Assembly (NCBI GenBank): GCA_907165135.1
Contig: OU015568.1
Location: 10,912,001-10,976,000 of the forward strand
Source: Oikopleura dioica
Taxonomy: Eukaryota > Animalia > Chordata
Direction of reading: 5' to 3'
Length of the DNA: 64,000 nucleotides
Both the position numbers and the translations under genes were made by a program. The first letter of the stretch is position 1. Every line of letters starts with the position of its first letter. This document shows, in pieces, positions 24,128 through 36,700 of this stretch. The notes beneath the pieces were generated by a model. That model worked only from the letters and a program-made list of their open reading frames with translations. It was not told where the DNA came from and searched no databases.

Positions 24128-24520
24128 GCTTCTGAATTTATTTGTATTGCTAATATTTACGAACTTCTTATTCTGTCTTATCTAATTAGTATCTTAGGCT
24201 TCTTCAAATTCTCGCTACTTACTTTCAGAAAAGAAATTTTTGAAGGAACGTCTCTCTGACACTTCAAAAACTTTGTCTCTTTGTAATTCCGGGTACCTGT
24301 AACTCAATATTTGACGTAGTAAAAAGACATTCTAAATCTCGCTCTGAGCAAATTTGCAAAGTTCAACACGCGATTTCGGCATTTTTTTTATCGAAGAATC
24401 AATTTTTTATTCGATATTTTTTGAAGTCGTGTGCATAAATTATATCGGCATTATAATTTATCATGTATCGGCCACCACTCGTGAATTATACAGAATAATT
24501 GAACAAGGTTTTTACACAAA

Positions 24521-27500
24521 TTAAGCATTTCCAGCGGCAGATTTCCTCATAGATGCGCGGCTGTGTTTTCTGAGTTTAAATTCACTCCGGTATTCGGAAT
24601 TTTCAACAAGGTGCATGTCGACGGAGTAGAAAAGCCGATCGATCTCTAAGTTGTAGAACTGGATTTGAAGAGGGTGATTAAAGCCATGTTCTTCTGCTGT
24701 TTTAATCCAAGGCGTCCAAGTGTCGTTGAAATTTTTCGGGTCAGCTTCTGGCATTAGCTTTGGAAATCTGATATCAACCGAGCTCTGGTAGTAGTCAGCG
24801 AGCTAGACATATCATATCATTCGTTCTGAAAGTGTGTCCAACAAACCTTGTCAAGTAAAAGCTTCACGATTTCAGGGTTTTGCTCGGATATGTCCGTTTT
24901 TTCTCTGTAATCCTCTACTATGTCAAACAGAGCCACAAGTTTACCAAGCTCAAGAGTAGGATCTGAATCACCCGAGCCTTCAGTCTGGCTTTCAAGATGA
25001 TGTCTCTCGAGTTTGTAGTCTCTGAAAACAACGTAGCCGGTCAGAAGTTTCCAATTCTTGTATCGAATTCCAGTGTGAAATTTGATGTTGAAGCCCTTTT
25101 CTTTTAGTTCTTCTCGGATGGGAGTCAGAAACTAAAAGAAAAAATAGACAAATGATAAAAATTTCTTATTCTGACTTCTCTTGGATCCTCGAGATTTCGA
25201 TGCGAGAATGTCTTGAGATAGTCCATATGATGCAGAATTTCATCGCGAGGGCCTGTTGTAGGAACATCTTCAATCTCGGACGCGATCATTGCCGACTGGT
25301 CAATTCCATCGAGTGGCTTGTCCGCAAAAGGCCGAGCTCTGCATTGGGACATTGATAAAAGTGTTGGAAGCCAGTCAGTCATGTCCATCAGATTGTCTGT
25401 TCTTTCTCCTCGTCGACTTTCAGGAAGAAGATTGGAATGGATAAATGCGGGAACTCTGATACCGCCTTCAAGGGTAGAAGATTTGTTTCGTTTGTATGGA
25501 AAATTGTCAGAAATCGTGGCGCGGCCACCGTTGTCATTTGCGAATACGATGATAGTATTTTCCCACATGTTGTTTCGCTGCAGTGTTTCGACTATTCGCC
25601 CGATAGCTCGATCCATTCCGGTACCCATCGAGAGAATTTGAGTCCGCTTTTTGTTGCAGTTCTTATTTGTTCGCTGGTACGTGTCTTTGATTTGGGTAAT
25701 ATCCTTAAACCTAATTAAGATCCCAAACAATATCCCGCCAAACCTTTTTGTTGATCACAATTGGTGTATGAACCGCATGAAATGAGAGATAAGCGAAAAG
25801 CGGCTCTGTTTTGTTGTGCCTCCTGACGATTTTGTTAAACTTGAATAAAATGTGAGAAACTAACAATCAATTGGTTAAATACCTCATCAGTGAGAATCGT
25901 GACTTTCTGAGTTCCATTCAAGTCGTACCGAACCTTGTCTTCGTAAACTCCATTCTTATTCGTGCCTTCTCGCAAATCGTATCCACACATTTCCATCTTT
26001 GATCCTATCAGTGGCGAGTTGAAGCATTGTCGGTGATAAACATGATGTCCCGCTCCGTTTACAGTTCCGATCCAGTGATCTTTCAGTAGGTTTCATATTT
26101 ATGAAATGTTAGGTTTAACTGGAAACGACAATTGTCAATCGACAATTGCGAAAAAATCACGTTATGTGCGGCACGTTATCTATCCAAAACACTCCACAGG
26201 TTTGGTTCCGACTTTGAATTAGAAAAAACATCTCGCGGTTACAGTCGAGTATAAAACCAGCAAAGATGTAAGTTTTGTTATCAAACGACAATCAATCAAA
26301 CATATAAAATCATCTGAAAAATGAAGATTTTTAAACAGATCGTATTTTTTGCCTCCGCTAATGCTCGCCAACCAAGAGACACATCTTTCCTTTTCGGAGT
26401 TGAAAAGATGGTGCTACACTGGACAGAAATCGAAGTCGAAAAGCTTCAAGACTATGGCTGTGCTAGTCGGGGATATTTCGACTCCACTGATCCAGCAGTT
26501 GGACTCCCAGTGGACGAGATCGACAGATCGTTCATCTGGTGGAAGAAGTGTATCAAATGTGCACGCTCTGAGTATAGCGCTTATGATTTGGAATACAATC
26601 ATTTCGACTATACTGAGATGTACGAGTACGATTCAGATACTGAGACCTGCGGTAAAAATTCTCTCAAGCGAAAATTTTCTAATGTAGCTTTATTTTAGGC
26701 GGGAGCAGCTCTATCGAACACTCTATTTGTCAGTGCGATCAGTCATTTGCCAAGAGACTAGTTGACTTAACAGGTTCACTTTCATTTGATGAAGATGGAG
26801 TTCTCATATTTTTAGCGAATGACGATTTCCGAAATTACGATACTGATTTTTGCGTCCCTTTCACACCATCGGACATTCCAACTGATGTAAGTATAATTAT
26901 AATAATTTGTTTCTCATGCTCATTTTTGAATTTAGTGTTGTTTTGATGAACAAAATGGCGCTTATGAAATCTTCAACACGGAAAAGAAATGTTGCGAAAA
27001 CGCCGTTGTGAAAGACCTCGGCACGTGTGAAGCATAAAAAACGAAAAAACGACGATCCCACCAGGGAGATTCTACTGCTTATTCTGTAAATTTGACGCAA
27101 ATATATCATATAAAACCCGGGACAAATCCGCGATTCTGTGGGAGAAAGCTTGAAGAAAATTGACCCAAGTGCCATTTGCCAATCATTTCGGTAGAATAGC
27201 CACATTCTTTGAAGTACTCGGGGAAGGTCTTTTCGTCAGCAGGTATTCCAGAGGGATGAGCGGGCAAGATATTTCTGTGTTGAAGGCCGTAGCGGTTTGT
27301 GTAGCGCCCTTTGAGAGTTAGAAAAGAAGGAACAGAATACCGAAGAGGCGATAATTTTATTTCTAGCTTTTCCTGTCATAAATTGAGCACGAGATGGCGT
27401 GCAAACTGGTTGGGTGTAGAAAGAGTCGAAGATCATTCCGTTGTTTGCTAGGAAGTCAATATTCGGCATGAAGGCATGATCGGAGTTATAAGAGATGTCG

Positions 27501-27790
27501 TTGTAGCCCAGATCATCTGACATGATAAAAATCACATTTGGCTTTTCATTCTTCGGGGCTCCAAGTTTTGCTCCCTCTTTCAGAGCCTTTTTCTTCGAGC
27601 GAAAGCTCGAGCGTATTCTTGCGCGTAAATCATCGCAGCTCGCTTTCCCCAATTGAGAAGCATCGATTCAAACTTGGCTTCGAATTTACGCTGCTCAAGA
27701 TGCCCCGGATTGTCTTTAATCGGTCAATGTCGTTTCACGCTGTCATCAATTATAGTGACCTAAGCTTCCCTGGGATTGAATGGCATTAAA
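24521..27790 (-). CDS. Arylsulfatase (ARSB/ARSI/ARSJ-like)
   Basis: PNVIFIMSDDLGYND, formylglycine motif CTPSR, GYSTEMIGKWHLG, FANDNGG, KSSTLEGGIRVPAFI, DWLPTL, DGIDQ, C-terminal ADPKNFNDTWTPW. The 5' end is approximate. Confidence 0.9.
26321..27037 (+). CDS. Secreted phospholipase A2-like protein lacking the catalytic His-Asp, nested antisense in an arylsulfatase intron
   Basis: Signal peptide MKIFKQIVFFASANA, YGC...G.PVDEIDR...KKCIKC, ICQCDQSFAK, terminal CEKKCC. It lies entirely within intron 26080-27116. Confidence 0.7.
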
Positions 27791-28751
27791 CCTAATCAGT
27801 GAACTTCAAGAGGACACGTTATGTCTTGTCTTGTGTCCGCGATATTTGGTTTCTCTTGTCCCTAATAACGTCATTCTAATTCTTGCAAGTTATGGAAATT
27901 TGACTGTTACTGTCATTAGATCTGTCACCTCTGTTCCTTTTCAAATATTGAAAGGCTTTGACGATTTTGATGCAAACTTGTATGCTGAATATTTATGATA
28001 TGTGGACATTGACCGATCCCTGCAAACAACTTGAATCGTTTCTTATATTGGTTCATTGATGACTCCATTCCCGCAAGACGCGCTTCTCGGTACTTTTTTC
28101 TATCTTTTTCCCATTTCCGTTGATAAATATTTTCAAGCTCTTGTTGTGTTAGTTTTCTCGCTTTATCACGGTTTTGAAATAATTATTTCTAAGAAACATT
28201 TTTCTCTAAAAGTTTTTGATTATTGAAATTCCGCTCCTTCCGCAGTCGCATTTTTCTCTGAATTCTGTCCTTGAACGACATATAAAGAAAAAATAAATAT
28301 TAGCGTTTTCATTTTTAATTTTCGGTGTCAGATCGTCTCCGCCACCGATAACGTATAAATTGGAGCGCCTCTCGCGTCTTATAAAGGAACCCCAAGGGCT
28401 TGGGCCAATGCAGTTCAGTTGACGTTTTAGATAATCAGCGACATAATCGGCGAAACCATCATAATTAGCTACGAGCAGGCAGTTACTGTTTGAAGAACCG
28501 TGTGGTGACATTCAACTTCAACTTTAGAAGCGTTCTTTTTCAACTTTCAGAATCTATTAGTCAGTTTATTTTTTGGTGAAACTTTCCGCGAAACAAAGAC
28601 GAACAAGATTCAAAGTTCAAAATTTTTAAGACGACAATTGTTTACATTTGTGATCTGACGTGACCCCGTAGGCGTTGAGCAAGAATGTTCTAAGCATACT
28701 TTTAAACTGAAATAAAAAAAATAAAGCAGAGTTGATTCCAGAGATAGAAAA

Positions 28752-30324
28752 ATGAGAGCCGTACCTGAGAGGATACTTTTTGGGCAGCGATTCAGCTACT
28801 ATAAGAAAGGTCTAACGCCAAATTTGAGTACGAATCTTAATATCAAGGTGATAATTCTTTTCTGGCCATTTTTATTGAGAATATATTAGTACCATGATAC
28901 AATGGGGAGTACCTTTAGCAACTCCATTCCTGTGAAATCTGATCAATTTGGGAGAATCTCTCTACCCGAAATGCAAATATCCGATGCTATTTCTACCTCT
29001 ACATGTGAAAATACAGCATTTATCCTAAAAGAGTTTGAAAAGACATCGATGGAATTCGAGCTTGATGGAAAGACAGAAAGTGTAACAGTTGACTCAGGTG
29101 TTGGAAAAGAAATTGTGAAGGAAGAATTGCGTGGAGATATTGTTGGAAATTTATTCTATCCGGCAAAGGTCAGCGTCGGATGTTTCTTTTAATTTGGAAT
29201 AATTTGTTTAGGGCGGAAAATTTCCCGTTATCATTCATATCAACGGAGGAATAAATCACATCCAAGACGCAAGATCATCTTTATTGGCTCGAGAAGGCTA
29301 TTTAGTCTTGGAGCTCGCCTACAATGTCCAGGATTACGGACAGCCAGTATTATTTACTCGTGATGGAATGCCGTTGGAATATGTCGAGCAGGCCATCAAG
29401 TAAAAAAATCGTAGGAACAATTACTCACAAAACATCCCTAGAACGATATTGTCTCACCAAAAAGCTTATGGAGACCGCGTAGTTCTGATGGGGCAATGTA
29501 AAGGGACAGACATGGCGACAGCTTTTGGATCACTGCGACCAGATCTCGTTGAATTTGTTATAGGAACGGTCGATTTTAGCTTTTTTCAAAATCTATCCAG
29601 CTGACAAAAATACCCTTTAAAAGCTCAAGCCGGAAGCACACAGCTTCCCGTCGCATCAGAACTTACCTACAAGGGCCAACGCTGGCAGAAAATGGATGAG
29701 TACATGCAAATTGATGATCTCGCAGAACTAGGAAAATACTTCAATTTACCGGAAGAATTCGGACAAGCATTTTCGCCAAAATATGGAACGTTTGTTGTCT
29801 TGCGTGGCCCTGGTGGTTTTCTGTGGAAAGGAAAATAGTTTTATTTTATAAAATAAACAATAATGATATTTTATATAAACTATGCAACAGAGAAAGAAGG
29901 CAATGAAGGAGAATTCGAGCTGAACTATGAAGCGGCAAAGTCAATAAAAGAAAGACGATTCCCTCTTGAAAATCTCAACAAACTCCATTTTTTCTCAACC
30001 CTTGATGATCGAACAATTACTCCAAGCTTTGACTTAGCAATAGAACTGATGGAATACTTTCTCGGTGATTTACCGAACTGCCATGTAGAACACTTTCATT
30101 CTGGTCACTTAGCAGGTAACATCATTTTATGTTTTAGAGGCTTATCTTAATTTTTAGTTCTTCCGGAAATTCCTGTTGTGCATTGCTCGAATATGAGTTT
30201 AGGACAACTTAAATGCGGGCTCATTTGGTCAAGTAATGAGTCAGAAGAAGAAAAGCTAAAGGAAGCTAATGAATATCGAAGCATACATAGAAGGGTCAAA
30301 GAAATTCTCCGCGAAAACCTGTGA
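28752..30324 (+). CDS. Acyl-CoA thioesterase / bile acid-CoA:amino acid N-acyltransferase family protein
   Basis: GDIVGNLFYP, GG...ARSSLLAREGYLVLELAY, LEYVEQAI, nucleophile elbow LMGQCKG, catalytic-like TLDD and HSGH. Confidence 0.8.
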
Positions 30325-30528
30325 CGTATATTATGCGATTTGCAGAGACAGTAATTACCTGCATATAATATGAAATCCTCCATATATCGTGTCGTCATTT
30401 AAATAACATGCTGCATATTGATTATTTAAATGAACGACACGGTATATGGACGTATCATTTTAAGAATTTCACACGTATGACTTTGACATTAATGTTGATG
30501 TTTTATTAATGCTCAATAAATTCCAGGG

Positions 30529-32557
30529 CTAGAAATTGATCAGAAACAATGCAAAGACAAAAGTAAATACGCCAGCTGATTTCGAAAACGCTGAATTTCC
30601 TTCATCTTTTTCTTCTCCCTCTTCTGGCCAGTCACGCCCAGATTTGCAAGTGTAAGAATTCGACTCGTCCCAGGTCCTTTGTAACGTTAAATGAATGTGC
30701 AAGCAAGAATAACAAGTACCTGTCAGTTTCTGGAATCCAGCTCCAATCAGGCTCCTTCTCATTTTGCAATTTTTGAGCTTCTTCCTCGACATCTTTCCAA
30801 ACTCGTAGAATGTTATCACTAAATTACCCCGTTCAAAGAAACTTATAATTATACAGGTCTCACCTAGCAATTCTTTGTACGATAGACTCGATTTCCGCTT
30901 CTGCGTATTGAGGAAGTTTTTCAAGACGCTCGATCAGCTTTCCAAAAACAAGAGGATAGCTTGATACATCTATTTACGATCATCGTTAGAAAAAGAATTA
31001 AATATTTAGACTCTAAACTTGACCGTTCCTTCTGCGTCAAAAGGAAATCTTCAGCTCCATTGTAATCCGCTCCGATGCCGACGTGATCCCAACCAATGAG
31101 TTCTCTAAAAACATTGAGTTCTAAAGTTTAGAAATAAGAAAGAACAGTACCCAATGTGCATCATATGATCGACAACATCATCCGCAGTTATGCAAATGTT
31201 GACTGTATTGCCATCTTCGTCGTATTCAACTGCACCTCTCTTGACGAACCCTCTTATAATCTTTTATTGGTTAAAAAGATTATTTCCCTTACGCATAGAA
31301 AACCACCATAACAACACCGTTATTTGTCTTGACCATTTGAAGAACATCATCGGGGACATTTCGAGGGTGATCGGCAATAGCTCGGGCACTTTAATAAAAC
31401 ATCGTTGAAAATATTTTCTTATTGCTTTAACATTTAACGAATATATATACCATAGAATGGATCAAAAACCTTGAGTGACTGAACATCACTGGTGCAGTAA
31501 CGTTTCCAAGAGCATCTAAAAACTTCAATAAAGAAATTTTCAGATAGAGCGCTTTCTTACCTCGCATTGTCTGAGAGCTGACATGTGAGAGATCAACAAT
31601 CATTCCCATTCTGTTCATTTCTTGCACAACCTTCACCCCAAACTCTGACAGTCCAACATCTGTCTTGCTATCAGCATTAGAGGAAGTTACCCAAGGAAGA
31701 TCGCAAGAATGAGTGAGCGTCATGTATCTTAAAATTTCGAAACTGGCGAGCGCGGTTTCTTCCTTGATTTCATTACCTCACCCCAAGATCATAAAACTGG
31801 CGCAAGACAGCTAAACTTTCACCGATCATGTGACCGCCTTCTAAGCCCATAATCGAGGCAACACTTAATCGGGATAAAACTAAAACATCCTAGAATTGTT
31901 CTTTCCCGCTTTCGATATCCCTTCCTATATTTAGCATCTCTGATCAGGGCTTCTGCTTCATTTGCTAAAAATACATTATCATTTCGTAAAAAATCGCATA
32001 ATGAACCTGTTTTGGGAACAATAAACTCATCATGTTTTTCAATCATTCTTTTGGCAACATCAATTTGTTCCAGCGCCCAAAGAACAGCATCCTTTCCATT
32101 CGAAGAACATCCCCAATAGATCGACCAAAATTGTGCACGAAGTTGTCCTTCTTTCGCCAGAGGAATGGTTGTTTGTGAGTTTTGAGGCCAGATGTTTGGA
32201 TCTGATTGTCCTGGTGGCTCGCGCTCATACAGATTAATTTTCGAAAGATCCTGAATACATTGATATAAACTTTGTTAGAATAGAAATAAAGACCTGATTC
32301 TTTGGTGTCAAGTAAGTGTAAGTCATTGGAAGATCATTGTGTCCATCAAAAACTCCATGTCCTTCCAAATATCGATTCGCCTTTTGAAGAGCATCAGCAG
32401 ATGGGGACTGATAGTCTTTTATGCAATCTGGCTTCTCTTTTCTTACTCCCGCCTTCTTTCTTGCAAATCTCTCCAATGGTAAAATTTCATGCGTATCAAT
32501 GACATCCACAAATCTGGCTGAAACGCAGCCTAATGCTACGAACTCAAAAAGCTTCAT
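30529..32557 (-). CDS. DPEP: Membrane dipeptidase (peptidase M19, DPEP-like), probably GPI-anchored
   Basis: Signal peptide, [56 protein letters not shown], hydrophobic C-terminus. Confidence 0.9.
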
Positions 32558-33032
32558 TTTCTAATCTCAGAAAAGAAGAGAAAGAAAGTCGACTTGCAGA
32601 TAACCACATTTGAAGATTTCCAAATATTTGAGTACTTATCTCTGAGTGAGAAATCATTAAATATTACGCGCTTGTCATTATTCAAGGAGAAATTTTTTTG
32701 TAGCAAAGTTTTTTGCAATCAATGAAGTTGTCGTTCTGAAAATTTGTAGAGTTGTACTTTATTAACAAATTCTTTATTCAGCTGTCGTGGCGGTTGAAAG
32801 TCAAGAGCAAAGGAGCAATTGCCAATTGAGCCGTAATTGCTTCAATCAGCAGTTGGCAGGTCTATCAACGACTCGTTCGTGGAAATGAGTGGCGAGTTAC
32901 TTGAACGCGTTCGTCCAGGCGTTTTCGGACAAAAGGCGGCATGTCCGAACTTCTGTCATAATCCATTCTTGCGGCGGCCGATTTCGCGCCGATTTCACAT
33001 CAAAACTGGATTAGACAACATTTATGCATCAG

Positions 33033-33461
33033 TAGGCTTACCGGACTAAATTTCAGCCATTTTTTCTAGCTTAGTATAGCAGTAATATGGCCTATTTTTG
33101 GAAAGCCCAAGACCCGGGCTTTCATTTGGTACCCATATCGAGGGGGTTAGGTCATGCCCGCAAGGCAATTTTTGAGGCCGGAAGTACAAAAATAGGCACT
33201 AGAACTCTTGCATCAAATTTTTCGATGCATTTAGGCGATCTAGAACATTCGACAGTCGCCTAAATGCATCGAAAAATTTGATGCAAGAGTTCTAACGCCT
33301 ATTTTTGTACTTCCGGCCTCAAAAATTGCCTTGCGGGCATGACCTAACCCCCTCGATATGGGTACCAAATGAAAGCCCGGGTCTTGGGCTTTCCAAAAAT
33401 AGGCCATATTACTGCTATACTAAGCTAGAAAAAATGGCTGAAATTTTGTCCGGTAAGCCTA
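33033..33461. mobile_element. hAT-type palindromic MITE, 429 bp, 8-bp TSD
   Basis: 206-bp arms (33033-33238 and 33256-33461) around a 17-nt loop; ends TAGGCTTACCGG/CCGGTAAGCCTA; TGCATCAG duplicated at 33025-33032 and 33462-33469. Confidence 0.92.
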
Positions 33462-33695
33462 TGCATCAGCATACCGTATTCGCCACACGATTACCTTCTA
33501 AGCCATTATAGAACATTATCTAGTGATTTTTCGCACGTTTTGTTTAGACAACTGAAGATCGGATATCAAGAAGAGGAGCGCGTGGTTAAGACCTTTTTCT
33601 TGTGTAACCGACGTTGCTTTTAATCCTGATAAGTTTATATTTGCTTATTTGCTTAGTCAACGTTTAAATTCTTACGAAAACACAGTTCGATAGAC

Positions 33696-33742
33696 TTTAG
33701 GGTTATGGGTACTTTAAGAGTTAGGGTTAGAATTAGAGTTAG
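33696..33742 (+). repeat. Degenerate TTAGGG-like repeat patch
   Basis: ttagggttatggg...gagttagggttagaattagagttagg. Confidence 0.4.
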
Positions 33743-36700
33743 GAAGCAACATTTCCAAAGAGGCATGGGAAAATTCTAGCACGCTCTCTCTTCGTGCTAA
33801 CTCTTTTTATAAATCAGTGACAGTCTCAAATGCATGCGAAACAAGGAGCACTCAGATGTTTTTCCGTCGTGTGAAGAATATTTCTGGGTCGGCTTCAGGG
33901 AAACGCCAAGTGGTTTAATCTTCATGGAACTCCTGACCCTTATTAAAAACAAGAACGAGCATAATGAGAAGCGCTTCACGGTACAATGAGTGCTCCACAA
34001 CACTTTTGCGCCGAGAATAGCGTCAGAATTTTCCGAATGAACTTTTCCAGTTCTGTTTTTTTCTTATCATAAGAACAGGTTTTAAAATGAATGATAGTAA
34101 CAATTAACGACCTGTATTTCCTGCAAATCAACGTCGTCTTATCTTTTTTTTCAAATTTATTGATAGCGAATTAAATCAGTTTAGAATGACAGATCTGTTT
34201 TCAATTAAAAATCCATCTTGCTATATTCTGAAATGAAATCTCGTCGGGTTACAAAAATGTCGCCAACACTTATTTTAAATTTCATATGCCCTGCTAACGA
34301 TGCTAAAATGAGCCACAAGACAGGTGTGATCAATGTTTGCAAGAAATGTTCTATTCGAGCACAGAATTATATACAAAGAATAAATTTTCTTGTTGGCTAC
34401 TTCTTGACTGCTTCTTGGTCTTTTTTCTTCTTCGTAAACCAAATCAGCGCATTTTTTTTTCTTCAAGAAGTCGAAAAGCCAAGCTAATTTACCCGAATGC
34501 TCAAAGAAGAAGAAATTTTTCTGAAATTTTAATTTTCAGAAAAAAAAATAATTAAAAGCGACAAAAAAAAACGCGAAAAGGCAAAGTGTTATTGAGCGAA
34601 TAAATGTGAATAAATGAGTCTCCTCTTGAGCATTATGAGATTGGATGATCCGGAACGTCCGGAAAGCTGCTAAGTGCCCGCAAATGGGCGTGAACTCGCT
34701 GATTCGCGGTCAAAAACTGTCATTCTTGGTCACCTCGGCACCCCACTTTTAGATACCTGAAGGATGAGCTATAATTGGAAGCTGGTTTATCGATGCTCAA
34801 GTTCATTAATTCCAATTTTGAGTTTTAGAACTCTGACAGGGAAACTTGTTTAACTCTACTTGATATTCATTACTCGTCAAAAAATAATTATTGTTGTCAT
34901 TTTTGTAACGAGCCCAGAGTGGTACCGTAACTAAAATTGTTTATGATTATCCGTCTAGAACAAGATCGAACGTCGTGTCTTTCTCTTGACGATTGTTAAT
35001 TAATAATCATTGACCGGTTCCTTTTTGTGTCTTCGATTGGCAAGGACTGACGAGAGCGCCCGTTTCGCTGAGGCGGTGAGATTGAACCTCTCACATGATT
35101 TTCTCGGGAGAGCGGCGTCCGCAGCGTTTTTCCTACTGGCTGGCGAAATTTCCGGCAGTGGTTCCATCCCGGCGTCTTTAAACGAAAACATTAAATTAGC
35201 TGCCCGCGTGTGTCAACAGTAGAAACGTACCGATCATGCCAAGGCCCAAGTCTTGCACAGCGTGCGCCAGATCAATCGCCGCGTTTGCATCGAACAGTCC
35301 TAGAAAAAGAGCACGCTTATTAGACGCACAAATAATCCACGGCGATTCTAGGGAGCAATTTTGTGGTGAAAAGAAGAGCGAAAGAAAAGCGCCCTGTGAA
35401 CGGATGAAAAAGCCACCACAGTAAATGCTGGGTGTTATATGATTTTTCAGCGAGAAACGTGATACAAGTGAAAGTGCTCATTACCGCCAGAGATCTTGTC
35501 CTAAGATTGTCGACTAGACTTTGACATTGGTTGTCTAAGATTTTCGATAAGACTTAGCCACGAATGTCAAGCTCGTCTCCTCGACAATCTCCTTCTAGGG
35601 ACTGAAAACATACTGAGAAACAACCCCGTTTTTTAGGAAAAAACGCGGTATAAACTCAAGTGACTTAATTTGAAGTTTTTTATTTAGAGCGCAATTTCAC
35701 GGAGGATGTGCTCTTCATCATGCTTTACCGCCCTGTGGTCTCCTCTTGTACAATATTCCTTTTAAAAACCGACGGATAACTTGAAAACGCATGCATGGTG
35801 TCTAACAGTTAACCTCACACTTTTTAACTTGGTGAACTCTAAACTGAGATTTTAAAACGTCAAGACTCGGTGTATAATGCTATTTGAACTATGCAAAGAA
35901 AAGGGGAGGAAAAGTAGCTTCTATGACCAAAAAAGAGCTTGAAAACCAAGCAAAGTATTTTTTGTTTTCTAAAAAGCAATTTTCGAATTTTCGCGCTGAC
36001 AAAAAGTTTATTCAATTTTGGACATTTTGCCACTTACTGAGTCAGTGATTCCAACTCACTTGATAGGGGACGAAATAAAATTCATTTGAAAAGTGACGTG
36101 TGTCTGAGACTAGGTTAGAATTCAATTCTATGCGGTGGTTGAAGGAAATTTCGCACCTGCGACTGGGCGAGTTATCTCAATCGGAAAGGTGACGCGCGCG
36201 CGGTTCAACAAACCACTTTTTTAGGAAAAAAAAATTGATAGCTTTGCACGTTAACTTCGACTTTCCTGCTAAAAATAGCCATTACTTTCACGATAGCTCT
36301 TAAGAGTTTCGACCGCTTTTGTCTTCGCCCCATAACAGCCTCTCAATCAACCTTTATCTTTTACAATAACCACATAAAATAAATCTATTGGAAAAAGAAA
36401 TTTCGAGCCTATTTTGATATTTTACAAAAAATGAATGTTTTCTCTAAATATTTGATTTGCGCAAAAAAAAACATGTTTTAGTTGGTTGATCCATTTTTCT
36501 CAAAACGTGTTCTTAGGACGACAGGGATGCTAAAAATAATTGCCTTCTCATGAAAACATGATCTTTTAAAGGAACTTGTTATCGATTCGAAATGTTCTTT
36601 GATTTCAAAAATTACCAGAAATCGTTGAAAATTATCGTAGCTGTCGAAACGTATATTTTTCCCCGTGACACGTTTGTCATAAATCTTGACTTTTCGAAGT

